A stretch of DNA of 62,045 nucleotides, filler included, from Porpidia crustulata (lineage: Eukaryota), in the NCBI GenBank assembly GCA_964255105.1. It is 20 parts of 20 records of this genome, joined end to end, with 100 filler letters (N's around TTAATTAATTAA, not from the genome) between each part and the next. Parts side by side here need not be neighbours in the genome. Positions count along the whole stretch, not along the records: positions 49,903 to 52,877 come from CAXUWE010002375.1; positions 52,978 to 55,939 come from CAXUWE010002376.1; positions 56,040 to 58,993 come from CAXUWE010002377.1; positions 59,094 to 62,045 come from CAXUWE010002378.1; 16 more parts are not named here. One strand, 5' to 3'. Shown here in pieces: positions 49,903 through 62,045 of this stretch. Positions within the stretch are counted from its first letter, which is position 1, and every line of letters starts with the position of its first letter. Under the pieces are notes generated by a model. That model was not told where the DNA came from. It ran no database searches and worked only from the letters and a program-made list of their open reading frames with translations. A program made the translations under genes and the position numbers.

Positions 49903-50334
49903 GGACCAGGGCTAGTCGGTTTTTAGCGTTGTGCATGTCTGGTAGCGAGGGGATACGGACGGGTTCGTAGACCCCGGCGCCGGGGCAGACGATGTCCATG
50001 CCTCCTTTCCCTTCATGCCCAAACTCCCTAGCTGCGGTCTCGAACATCCTCTCTAGCTGGCTCCAGTCTCTGACGTCGGTTTTTTGGAACACTGCTCGGC
50101 CAGAAGAGCGAGAGGGGGAAGTGTGGGCGGAGACGAGCTCTTGGGCTTCGGGCCGTAGGGCAAGATCGGCGAAGAGGACATTGCATTTCCGGGAGAGAAG
50201 GAGGCGGGCGAAGGCGAGATTAATACCTTGTAAGAGGAATGTTAGTATTTTTGCTTGTAGCGGTGGGAAGGAAAAGCGGGACCTGATCCAGCGCCGGTGA
50301 TTATGGCGGATTTGCCTGCTAGGGACGTTGCCAT
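49903..50334 (-). CDS. Short-chain dehydrogenase/reductase, 3' truncated
   Basis: MATSLAGKSAIITGAGS^GINLAFA..VLFADLALRPEA..TDVRDWSQLERMF..DIVCPGAGVYEP. Confidence 0.87.
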
Positions 50335-51579
50335 TGTCTCGCTTAGGATGTGTTTGGAGGGGTGGAAGAAGTATGGAGAGAGGACTGAGGAGATATCAGC
50401 TCCAGAGGAAGCTGGATTACTGTTATATACATGCTGGCAGCGACGAGAGGTGCGCTTAGTTTCTGTGCGAGGTGAAGAACACCTGGAAGAAAGGGGACGT
50501 GCAATTTAGCCGAGTGGACGATGGCAGGTATGCCGAGCAACACCGATATCAAAAGCGGGAGCTGACAAGAGCCGCGCGGGTAGCGGAGTCAATTCAATGA
50601 TAATCGAGACTATGATGCTGTTGCTGTCAGTGTTTGGAATGTCTATGAAACGTTGAGCCTACGCCACTCTTGACCTGCAGTATCATGAAACCCTTTCTCG
50701 ACTCAACGCGCAGGTGTCCCGAGATTTCCTTCGCTTCGCTGATCGAGTAGGCGTTCTGGCATTCAACACCAGCCATGTAGGAATTATACATACCCAACGA
50801 GCTTTTACCACGAAGTCATGAGCCTTGCAACTCGCTTGTGGCCAGTCAACAACGCGAATATGTCAGTTCAGTATATCAAAATGCTTTCCGTCCATCATCA
50901 AACGGACGCTTGCGTCTTGCTACGGCAGCGGGAGTTTGGATAGGTTAAATCTTATCCATGGAGGCATGATCCACCTAGGAGGAAGTACCATGAATCGCAA
51001 CCGTTGCCCATTGGTCCTCTGAGACGCCCCGGAGACTCCAAATTTCCTCAAACGATTCGGACACATGGATGAAGTTATGAAGATACATAATGGCATCCTT
51101 GTCTGTCGTGAGCATCCAAAACAAATTGTTATGCATAAAGATGGCGAAGGGAAACAGTGATGAGCGGCACCCTAAGCAAGCCCTTAGGCTGGATTTTAGG
51201 AGGTGGCACATACCGTATACTCGATGAATATTCTATTCCCTCCGAACGAGAAGGCTTCGTGAAAGCTATCTTTGAGGCATCAAAGTAATCCGCCAAGCCT
51301 GCAGGATCCTTGCAAGCTATGAATTTGACTAGACAGTTCACTTTACGAAATCTTTATACTTGATTTTTTATCATAGCTACATTTCTCTCTCTCCAACTAC
51401 AGAATTACGAAGCTCTAGAGTCTCACTTTCGCAGCTCAATAAACCAAAATCTGAACCCAGACAGATACACGTCAAAAATCCTCTGTGAAAAATTACTTAA
51501 ACACTTCTTACTGTCAATAATACAAAAGGAATTCCTTGTTCTGCCCTTCCTCTCCTCCAATAGAATTGACCGCTTCTCA

Positions 51580-52877
51580 GATCACTCAAGGACACTCCCC
51601 CTCAAATTCCACCCCAGACGGACCTTCCTTCCGCCCCTGACTGGTTGACGATCTATCAACAATGGAGGCTCAATTAGACAAGATGTGGAGGACTGTATTC
51701 AATGCCGGATCTACTCCTACTCATCTCATGAAAATGGTACCAGAAATAGTCAAGGAGACAGTGGCTTTCTGCGACATACTACAGGAACTTGTTGAGAATG
51801 AAGACCTGTTCCAGATGACGGAAGCTATAGATAATCTAGCCCTCGATGTCATTGGCAAAGTTGTACTGTAAGTTTCACGAACACGTAGGAAATTCGATCT
51901 GATGTTCCCGCAGAAATACTCACCTTGACTGTCAACGCTCCTATAACCCAAAGATCTCTGCGCTACGGAAACAAAACCCATGGCTAACCTTTGGGGATGG
52001 TATCAATCCATTCAAGCGATTCCACCCACTCCGACCATTAATAAATTGGTACTATGCCAGACAGATGGATCGATACATCTCATCAGAATTCAATAATCAC
52101 TATTCAACATTCCTAAACTCGAGTGAAGCGCATAAAACCAACGATGGAAAGTCGATTCTTGAGCTCGCGTTGAAGTCCTACCTGGAAGACGTTGGCCCTA
52201 AAAAGATTGGCGAAGGCATGGACAATGCATTTAAATCACTTGCCATCTGTCAAATAAAGTTATTAATTTTCTCCGGCCATGACAGGATTTCAAGTACAGT
52301 GAGTCATATGTTCTACCTACTATCCAAGAACCCTTTCTCGCTATATCGCTTACGTGTCGAACATGAGCAGGTTCTTGGCACTGAGATAGCTGCATTAGAG
52401 ATCATCATACGTGAGAAGCCTCGTTTGCTGAACCACCTGCCTTATACCACTGCTATCATCGAGGAGACCCTATGGTTTTTCCCTATCAGATCAGTCACGC
52501 TTGCCGGGGAGCCTGGATGCAGCGTCCCCGATACGGAAGGCCCCCAACATCCGACACACGGCCGCCTCACTCCGTCCGTCCATCACGCCACCCATCGTGA
52601 CCCAGCCTGCGGGCCTCGGCCCGACGCTTTCGCTCCTGGACGCCGGCTCCTTCCACCAGGACATCCTTTGCACCTCGCCGAAGCAGCGTCGCGCACCGTC
52701 GAACACGAACCGTGGGATTGCGTCGGCGAAGAACTCGCGATGCTTGCGATCAAGATTGTCATGGTCCTGACCCTGCGGAGATTCGACATCACGTCTGCGG
52801 ATGACGAGTGGGAAGAGCTGAAGGATTGTGAATGGGGAACGTGCTCTCGGGCAGCCGCGCGAGGGACTGCCTTGCAG
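51580..52877 (+). pseudogene. Degenerate cytochrome P450
   Basis: LALDVIGKVVL, QIKLLIFSGHD, LPYTTAIIEETLW (ExxR Arg lost) and RTVEHEPWDCVGEELA (decayed heme motif). The N-terminal part is frameshifted. Confidence 0.78.
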
Positions 52878-53884
52878 NNNNNNNNNNNNNNNNNNNNNNN
52901 NNNNNNNNNNNNNNNNNNNNNTTAATTAATTAANNNNNNNNNNNNNNNNNNNNNNNNNNNNNNNNNNNNNNNNNNNNGGACTGTGAGGATTACTATGTGT
53001 TTAGAATAGATGACGTGCATATGATAATATATTTCATGACGAAACATATCAAAAATCGAGACACGTATGTTGGCATTTAGGGGTTGCTCTAATTGGTAAT
53101 CTCCGCCACATGGGGCTGGAGACGCTAGCAGAATTTTTCCCATTTTCAACATCAATACCAATGCCATCAATCCCATACTTGGTCTGCCAACAACATACAC
53201 TACTTGAGGTGCTAATGGCATGATATAGAAGCCAAGTCGACAGAAATAATGAGCCGCTAATGTAAAACAGTAGGACAAGGCCGAAGGATCCCTTGCGCCA
53301 TGGCTCCTACTTGCGAATTTCAACCCCGCATGGTAGGTGATTCTGTCAATAGAATAAGGTATCTTTCTTCTTCAAATCTCAAGTTATACATGCATACGCC
53401 GCGTATCAAGAAGATGCATTTTCGGTAACGACGAATTGTTTGTTGGCCAGTCTTCTGCCCGAGGTTGGATATATGAGATCCGGGTGAACGAGGCATGAAA
53501 CACACATGCACGTCTCTTCAACGCCCCTCAATCTCAAACCTGTCGTACAAGCATTTCATCCATCTCATCTTCTACCACCAATTAAATTGTATAGCCCTGC
53601 GTGATTTTCGTGATCTGTGTCGTCGTAATTCAATCTGAGCAATCGTCGCTTTTTCGATTTCATGCAATTAGCTCCACGCCCACGACATACATGGCTACCA
53701 ATGTGTGCCTCCTCCTTAACAGGAGGCAAATCTGCTTGCGATTAAGCCTGACCTTTACCTTCTTACTGTACTACTCAAAGGCTGCTCCGCCGTAGGTAGG
53801 GGCTTTCTACAGAACCTCCGTGGGGTGGTTTCTTAAAGAGACCAGACTACCCATTACAACTATGGTTATTCAACCATCTTCACA

Positions 53885-55760
53885 ATGATGCTTTTACCGC
53901 CCGCAGTGCTTTTATCAGCTGCTGGACTAATACTCGCTGCACCGTCGGCGCTGACTTTCAACCAAAGATCAAGTGAGTCGAGTGGGAGCAAAAGATATTT
54001 AGCCATTAATAGCAGATTATAGTTCAAAATGCTAGTCGGCCAATGGATTTTAAACCTCACTCAACATGGGCGTCGGTGTCATCACAAAAACGGGATAAAG
54101 ACATTCAATATCTAAGCGACTTGTTCCGGAATCAGAACTCAAGTCTTTCTCGTTCCTGCTTGTCTGTCGAAATAGAGAGCTACAGTCAATTCAAAGCAAC
54201 AAAGCCTACAACAGAGGCGGTGGGTACGGACACTACTAAAATCGAAATCGGCCATCCAGGCATCAGCGGCTACTCTGTCTTTTCTGAAAATACCACATTT
54301 ACTTATTTTACTCCATATAAAAGTACATTTTCGCCTCCCTGTTGCGGCGTATGTATGATGGATGCCGACGATGCTCATGTGATGTACTGGCTAACGCCCG
54401 CCCCACAACCTCATGTATCAACTATAGTTGATGCAGATGGTTTCACTTTGTAAGCATTTCTCTTCACCGCTGGATATCTGCATTAACGCCCGGCAGCACT
54501 TTCCCTTCGGTATACGTCATCTACTCAAATGTACGTTCGAGTGATCTCTGTTACAAATCAAGCCCAATAATACATGATGCTACTATAGTGTATGAAACAA
54601 GGGAGCTATTCACGTTGGGACGGAATGCAGTTAGAACAGTCTTCAATTTCGCCAATCTCAACGATTGCTCTATGAAAACGTTCAATGTATCAACCATTGG
54701 CACGACCAACATGAACGGTTTCCACTACGATTCTTGTTTTCCGTCGATTATGTACGACGCAACCCGCTTCCAAACTCTTGACCCTGCATGGGCCTCGTGC
54801 TTGGATTTCGTCCGTCTATTTAGTGATCCATCGCGTGTCATGACTTCAGTGACGGCGCTCATTGACATAAGGACCACAGCCACGGATACGCCCCTCAGTA
54901 AGACTACTCCAGCTACTGCCTCAGCTCTCCCTCCTTCGATACCCAAATCTACCACTCTAGCAGGGGACTCTTTCATCCCGAAAGCGACTTCGATCAACTC
55001 AGTTCCAGCAATTGATCCTACCAGTAACGACCCCTCGGGCGCACCGGCTACATCAGGATTACCTGGCAAGCCACAGTTTCCTTCCGACCCGCCGCGGAAG
55101 CCTCCCGACAGTCCAGGGAGTGCATCATCTGAGGAAACACCCAACTCCCTCAACGTCAACTCTGGATCGCAGACTAGCGAAGTCATTTCATCCGATGGTC
55201 CCGTCATAGAAAGTCTTGCTCCAATCTCCAAAGACTCCGCAACTGCCACTTCTGAGCCGCCGCGAAAGCCTCCCGACGATCCAGGAAGTGCATCATCTGA
55301 AGGAACATCTAATTCCCTCAACATCAACTCGGGATTGCAGACTACCGAAGCCATCTCATCCGGTGGTCCCGTCATCAAGAGTCTTGCTTCAATCTCCAAA
55401 GATCCCGCAACGCCCACGCCTGGCATTCCGAACCCACCTAAATCGAGTGAAATCCTAGCCGGAACCTCAATCACATCGGCCGTGAAGGCCGCTCCCGGCC
55501 CCTCAAATTCAAACCCGTCGCGCATCACCACACCAGGGCCCACCGCCGACTTTTCCGCGGCAAAAGCCACGAGCATATCGCTCGGAGACGGCATTCCCAA
55601 TAATTCGCAAAGTTCTGCGCACACCCCCTCGGAGGCCGTAGTCTCGCTGTTCTCAGGCGCTTCCCCCGGAGGACCGGCCAACCATCTCGCGTGCTGGTAC
55701 AGGCTCCTCGCGTTCAGATCTGAACGCTTTCAGCGCTGCTGTGATATACGAAAATATTAA
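53885..55760 (+). CDS. Secreted Cys-domain + Ser/Thr/Pro-rich hypothetical protein (3 exons)
   Basis: Signal peptide MMLLPPAVLLSAAGLILAAP; introns 53973-54022 and 54450-54496; PPCCGVC..VMYW..DGFT^FPSVYV..DPAWASC; mucin-like tail. Confidence 0.72.
55089..55411 (+). repeat. In-frame 168-nt (56-aa) tandem duplication
   Basis: PPRKPPDSPGSASSE.. at 55089 and PPRKPPDDPGSASSE.. at 55257. Confidence 0.9.
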
Positions 55761-56039
55761 TATCTCACTAACTGTTGGAGTAACAGATGTTATGATGAGA
55801 AACTTTGCACTTCGATTCACAAAATCCTGTAATTACGAATTCGAGCATCGTCATCTTACTGAATATATCTTTTTAAGATAAATAATGTCTGTTAATAATA
55901 TAGCCTGCTTGTACAAGCTACTAGCTTTTAGATAATGACNNNNNNNNNNNNNNNNNNNNNNNNNNNNNNNNNNNNNNNNNNNNTTAATTAATTAANNNNN
56001 NNNNNNNNNNNNNNNNNNNNNNNNNNNNNNNNNNNNNNN

Positions 56040-56506
56040 TCCCCCCTCGCTCTCACAACGGTAGTCAAAACCCCCGCAGTGACGCCCGCCAGACTCCAGT
56101 CGTCCAATTCCACCTGCCCTCGATTCGCGAGCAATCGCCACGCTCGGTCCTGCCATTCAATCTCCTCCCTCCCACTCATCATCATTGGCAGTATCACTGT
56201 GAAAGCGCCAAAGCCAATCAGGCCGCCTATGCCGGTCCAGGGGAGGAGAGTTGATCTCCAGAATGGGAGAGCGCGAGGCTGGCCAAGGGGGGAGGTTGTG
56301 GGTTTCGATAGCGTTGATGACGGAGGTCTTGACGAAGATCCATTCTTGGAGGGATAAAAGCGGCGGTAGAGTAAGGGAATGGGGGAGAGGAGTAAGCCAC
56401 TGAGAGCACCGCTGTGGAAGCTGCGATGGAGGACATGGGTCGTGAGGATTACGTGCGCCAAACGCTGGTCTTCCGCGTAAGCGGCGTGGGAAAAGAAGCG
56501 GGACTT
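56040..56506 (-). CDS. Conserved fungal hypothetical membrane protein, no ATG at the expected start, 3' truncated
   Basis: SRFFSHAAYAEDQRLAHVILTTHVL..GREEIEWQDRAWRLLANRGQVELDDWS; AAG at 56506-56504 where Met is expected. Confidence 0.6.
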
Positions 56507-57135
56507 TTTGGGAGGAGCGTGAGGGTGAGAGCACAATGGGAAGACCGCGCGGTGAAGAGAGTGATCAGCTTAAGTTCGGAGGACCTTGAAGACAACTTGA
56601 TGGTGGCTTTGGCGAGAACGAGGCGGTATTCAACGTGAAACTGAACCTCACTTTTCAACTTTGAGAAGCACCGCACAATTACAAGCGGTAGCAGCTTCTC
56701 CTTATAAACATCTACAGTATGCGCAATCCCAAATAGTCGGCACTGTCAAGATCCTACGCCCGCAACGTGAACGCTATCCACAGTACAAATAAACTCCGCC
56801 GTCGGGGGACGGAAATCCAATTACGGCCGAGTCTGTTGGTTGATTTTCCGCCGGCGGCGGAACAGGTTCGCTAGCTGCCATTAATCGCTGGCTATTTCCT
56901 GAATTGGTATAGAATTGGGTCTTTTTCTAGCTACGTACGCTAACCAAAATTTACGGGCGCGGGGGCTCTGAGCGGAAATTCGAGTTGGCGAAGTGGAGGT
57001 GTTGGCGATGGAAAAAATTACCGATATGGGTGGTCCAATCACGACGCGACAATATCAAGCTGACGAATATAGAGTTGATCGTCTCAAATTCCCCAGCTAT
57101 CGAACAAAAACGTCGTTTCTACATAAGTAACATAA

Positions 57136-58735
57136 CTACAGCTCTCCATGCACGGGCGCTTCGTTCGCCACCGGCTGCTCTTCGGCGACATTTACCTCGT
57201 CAACCACCAAGCTCTCCGGTAATTTGCCCTTTGCGCCCTCGCCCAACCTGATCGCGTCGACCCATGTCTCTACCGAGTGGATATGAAAGTCGCTGGCTTC
57301 GAACCGTCTGTACCATCCCCTTCTGGCGTTGACGGCTATAAGCTCGATCTCGTTGTCGCTGCTCAGCTTCAAGGCATCGCGTAGGACGGCGGCGCCGGTA
57401 TTCCTCGCCGGGATGGAGTAGAATGGGAAAAGCTTGCTGCCCCTTTCCTTGTGCTTTTCTGCTAGTTGCGCAAGGCTTGCAAGGGCGGTGTTTACTGCGT
57501 CTGGGAGTACTGAGCCTGCGTCGTCTATCGTTGGTGGCAGGAGTGCAAGTATGCAAGTTCCGCTTTTTGGACCAAGGCATTGTTTCTCTAGGTATCTTTG
57601 CTCGACTAAAGCGGGTATTGGCGGAGCTAGATCGGGCATTACTGCGGGTTTTGGAGCGTCTTCGGGAACCGCGATGGGCTCTGGTGACTCTGTGGGGTTG
57701 CTCTCATCGTCGAGGGTGACGGAAGTGGCGCTGGCTGCTTCGGAAGAGGCTTCGGTAGAGGCGTAAGACGAGGAGGCTTCTGAAAATTCCGAGGATGCCG
57801 AAGCTGATTTCGCTGATCTCGTCTCCGCGCTCTCCTTTGGCTCTTTGGCCAGAGGTTTCTGCTTCTGTTTCTTTGCGGAAGGTTCTGCCTTTACTGGTGC
57901 GTACTGATTTAGGAACTCTGTCATTGAGCTTTTGGAAAATGAGCCCTCGAACCTGACGGGCTCCTTGTTACCCCCAGGTAGTATGACAAGCGCAGGATAC
58001 TCGGTTATCCCAAACATCTCCACAGCTGCTTTCTCCTTGTTCCTGATCTGGGCAAAACTTATCCTGCCGAGATAGTCTGTGGCCAGCACTTTGACAAGTG
58101 CTCCTGTCGTTCCTTTCTCACTGAACAGTATTGCTTTGCTGGTGTCGTTGCTCGCTTCTAACCATGCGTTTAAGCCCTTATCTCCTAGCTTCTTGACATT
58201 GTTCGGAATCGCGCTCTTGATAGCGTCGATGATGGGCTTCGCTTCGCGAGCCCCTTGATAGTCTTCCACAATCGGTTTCCCAGGCTTCTTGGAAGGTTTC
58301 ACAATTTTGAGGGTAGGAAAGCCTTGGACGCCCATGCTGCCGCAGAAGGCTTTGTTGCTCTCCTCATCGCAGTTCACAGCTGCCACCTGGGCAAGACCAC
58401 TCAATCCTTTGGCAGCTTTCTCATAGGCCGGTTTCAGGTTCTTGCAGTGTCCGCACCAGGGAGCATAGAACCTGCGTTGATATCAGCGATCATTCACAGG
58501 CCAGCGGGGCAAACTTGCTTACTCTACCATCTATGAACTAGTATTAGCTTTAATGTAATTTGGAGCAGCCTTGAGTACGTACCGAGACTTTGTTTGACCT
58601 GGCAATGAGCTTATCGTAGCTTTTCCCATCCACCTGAAGAACGGGAGAGCTCTTGGTGTACATGCCCTCGGCACTGACGCCCGCAGTCAGTAGGAGAGCT
58701 ACCGTCAAGGCATTTGATAGGTTAGTTTGCTTCAT
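57136..58735 (-). CDS. MPD1: PDI-related thioredoxin protein (Mpd1/PrpA-like)
   Basis: Signal peptide; exons 58735-58583, 58530-58523 and 58471-57136 give VS-MVE-FYAPWCGHC; GVQGFPTLK; C-terminal HGEL. Confidence 0.88.
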
Positions 58736-58940
58736 GTCGAGTTATAGAGGTAAAGACCGTAAGTTTGGGTAGTGGGACACTAGATATATTTATGTACACT
58801 TATGTATGCCACTATGGCCATGCGGGTCATTCTCATTTTTGAAAGCTGTCCTCTTCTCTCATGGATCCTTCTAGGCGACAGCAGCGGGTGCGGGGGCTAG
58901 CGCGACCAGAGCCTCGGAAACGTGCTTTAGGGGATCGTCG

Positions 58941-58993
58941 TAACGTAATCCGACACTAAACGCACGCCGACACTAAACGCACACCCCACCAAA
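58941..58993 (+). mobile_element. Fot1/pogo (Tan1/Vader-like) TIR end
   Basis: TA|ACGTAAT followed by a perfect 16-bp repeat CCGACACTAAACGCAC at 58950 and 58967, then ACCCCACCAAA and the contig break. Confidence 0.75.
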
Positions 58994-59620
58994 NNNNNNN
59001 NNNNNNNNNNNNNNNNNNNNNNNNNNNNNNNNNNNNNTTAATTAATTAANNNNNNNNNNNNNNNNNNNNNNNNNNNNNNNNNNNNNNNNNNNNGTCGCTT
59101 TCGGTTCAAGGTCAAAGCCGAGGGCGACGAGGGAAGGGGCTTGGTTCGCAAGTTGCGGTGACGTTGAAATTAAGGCAAGGCTGAGGTGGCAAGTTATGCA
59201 GGCGTCCTAGCGAGTTGTGTGGGATCAGTCATGTGACTGGGAGTTTATGCAAGGGGCCGTATGCATTCATGGCAATTGTGGTACGGTGCGCGGAATTACG
59301 TTTCGGGTTACAATAACCGTCCCTCTTGTTGAATGTAGGATTGCGCATGAACGCTTTGGGGTTTGTGGTACTTCGTGCTACTACGTTCGGAGCCCTCTTC
59401 CGCGCTGGCAAGGGAGGCAGTGACGGATTTCTTCATCCTACTCAATGCGCCGATGAGGAGGACAATGGAGCCGGGCTTTTCACCAGGGATCGATGCCTTA
59501 TGCAGACCGCAGCTTTACTGCTGTCATCGCATGTCGCGAACTGTCGGACGCACAGTCTGACGATTAGGCTATTCTGCAATGGGAGTGTACCCTTTTTCTC
59601 TCTGATTTCTAAGGCTCTAA

Positions 59621-59740
59621 GACACAATTCTCGAACTGTCTTTCATGGAAGATGTGCGCAAGACTATTGATGAAGTTCTCTGAGAGTTTACAGCAAAAGG
59701 CAACAAAGCCCCAACCCTTTTCGTTGGCGCTACACTGCCA
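59621..59740 (+). pseudogene. Possible relic of DEAD-box helicase motifs II-III
   Basis: DTILELSFMEDVRKTIDEVL*EF..TLFVGATLP resembles D.LLDMGF..D...I..TLLFSATLP. Confidence 0.3.
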
Positions 59741-62045
59741 TCGGTCGACATGGCTGTATCCCTCAGCAATTTGCAGCTCGATGAAGCCTTGAGCAAGAGA
59801 CTTTTCTGCCAGAGGAAGTGTGTTCTGATAAATTGCTGCTTTATACCTGAATATTGAGTACCTTGCGCAACTCTCAACTCTCTGCTACATTCTTTCTTTC
59901 GAGTCCAAGTATGAACACATGTCCACGTCAAGATCAGCTCTCCATTGACAACACCTTAACCAGGAGAGTCACTTCAATGGATTTTAATCGCTTTAATCAT
60001 CGCCCAATCTACTACAACAGACTTCTTCCCTACTTCGTTCCTTTCGTCGCGGTCGACTGAAAGACTGTTCCTGCGCGTGCATGACGATCTTGTCTTGCTC
60101 GGTGTTCTGCCGAGTATCCTTTGAGAACATATGTCGTGCTTCAACAACAAGCCGAGCGACGATCAGACAATCCAGACCAAATGAGATATAGGAGTAGCGG
60201 ATGAACCAGATGTTACCCCACTCATATGACGGATTGACCGTACAATGATGTAAGAATAGGACTGGCGAGGTTCAAGGTGGGCCGACAGGCTCCCGGTTGG
60301 ATTATGTCTCAGCGCAACAAAATCGAGGATATAAGATATGGGCTGTGAACACGACAGAGAGATCGTAAATGAGATATCTGACAAGCGGATAGGTGACAGA
60401 TATATTATATAACTCAAAGAGTGAGGTACAAGACAGCAAGCTACCTATCGAGACTTTCGAGCAACCCAACAATATGGCGAGCCAGATTTCTTAGTTGACT
60501 GTCACATCATCAAGCTACCCGAAGTACTTGGAGTTCAATCACAATGCTGAAATCGCAGACCGAGCCAGTCTACATCATCCGCAGCATTCCCACCCGTCAA
60601 GTTTTCGACCGGCCATTCCGTCGGATCAGCCCCTATTTTCGAGCGGATCGTCCAGTTACCAAAACCTACCAAATACTCCACCCGCCTTTCATCCGCTTAT
60701 CAGACTTCAGCTTATATCATATACAAACCGTTCTAGACCATACTCGACTGGTCCGCAGCGCACCTACCTACCACATGCCTAATTTATCATATGGATGAAC
60801 TACCGTGTGCCCCCATCTTCATACTGTCGCGAACTCCACCCGTTGGTCTCGCGCTCACTCGACCTTCGATTTAATTTATGAATAGAGCGCTTTAAACATA
60901 TCCGACTGGTCCTTCGCTCTTCTGGATCCGGCGGACTTAGCACTAAATTTCAATCCTCAATCTTTTATGATTTTGGACTAAACTCTGCAATATATTATTT
61001 GAATAAATCCCTCCGATTTTTATCCGACCGATTTATCATCCATAATCTATCACATTCTCAACCCGTATCCTCCCCACCCCACTCATCCGCATCCCTAATT
61101 TCAGAATACCATACAAAAAAACCATTCCCAATTCCATCCAACTCCTCTGCGACCCATCTAACCTTCAAACATCCCATCCTTCCCAATCCTCCCCATCCTC
61201 AAACCAATCCCTAAATCTTTTATCACCGGCTTGCAGTACACTTCATCCGCCACCCCCCCACCTATCCAAAATCACATCATTCATACATTTAAACAATCCC
61301 ATGCCTTCCAAAGCAAATCCGCTACCTCCCAGTCTGCAAAATTTTACAAACTGCTAGATCATGAAGTGAGTTCCTACCTTTAATCCGCCATAGTATCGGA
61401 TTATCAGTTATTTGACCTGCCACTCACCTATTAATCTCTATCGAATCAAACACATTTCTAAACCGAGGCAAAATTTTCAAAAGCTAGTCAGCCTAACCAT
61501 GCACCCCATCCACCCATCCACAATGCCATGCCATACCGTGTCTCACCAACCTCCTATCTCTTATTTCTCATCATATCAAACCACATCTTTCTCCCTCACC
61601 AATAAAACGAATAAAACATAAAAACCCCAGGACAGCCCGATAAGTTGGCATGGCATGACGGGTCGAGAAAAAGGGGGGTTTCGGATCGGAATTCTATGGG
61701 GTGAGATAGAAGGAGATATTATGAGATGGAGATGTGAAACAAACTTCACGATATATCCCCTCACCTAGATCCACTCAAAACCAAACCTCAGAAGATCACG
61801 GATAAAAAAAACGTTAACCCCCCTCCAACCAAACACGACAGCATTGAAGCTAAATCTCTACAAACCACCACAGCACAATATAGCATAGTATATCAACCGA
61901 CTATCCAACCTCCCCGATGAAGATCGACAAAGATCCGTCGGATAGGACTTTTTGATAGGGCAATTAAATGGGCGAATGAGAGAGTTTTGGGTTTTATGAT
62001 GGTGTTTGGAGGGGATTTGTGATAAGGACGGGGGAATGGTAGGGG

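Noticed and set aside
21980..52877. Secondary-metabolite cluster from P450s, SDR, FAD oxidoreductase and permease
   Set aside because: The genes are on unrelated contigs (only the SDR and the P450 relic share one) and there is no backbone synthase.
54725..55681. 318-aa minus-strand ORF, and similar antisense ORFs over MAK16, SIN1 and GH47
   Set aside because: These are shadow frames of real genes with biased codon usage.

Overview
This window is not one locus. It is 20 unrelated contigs of about 3 kb from a filamentous ascomycete (Pezizomycotina; GT-AG introns with CTRAC branch sites; a lichen-forming Lecanoromycete is a guess). They are ordered by decreasing length (3056 to 2952 bp) and joined by 100-bp N44-TTAATTAATTAA-N44 linkers, so neighbourhood only means something within a contig. 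Recognisable genes: BNA3-like aminotransferase, AXL2, MAK16, a GABA/amino-acid permease, SIN1/AVO1, a cytochrome P450, a PTH11-like membrane protein, a GH47 mannosidase, a DNAJC3-like TPR-J protein, a HET-domain protein, a RING/zinc-finger protein, Cnl2/NKP2, VTI1, an FAD oxidoreductase, an SDR and an MPD1-like PDI. There are also many pseudogenes. The most interesting contig is 31337-34340. It carries a C2H2 tail resembling a DUF3435 (Starship captain) C-terminus, followed by a decayed RxxxxH (HEPN-like) coiled-coil gene and an NB-ARC/TPR NLR with one nonsense codon, which would fit a mobile fungal immunity/toxin module. Other points: two non-transposon genes on contig 2 broken only by TAA/TAG stops (RIP-like), one with PemK/MazF-like motifs; several Fot1/pogo-type transposon ends with 17-bp-spaced repeats, two carrying TTAGGG subterminally and one forming a MITE in the MAK16 promoter; a disrupted HAUS1-like augmin gene; and several micro-exons. 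All family assignments are by eye and from memory; no searches were run.
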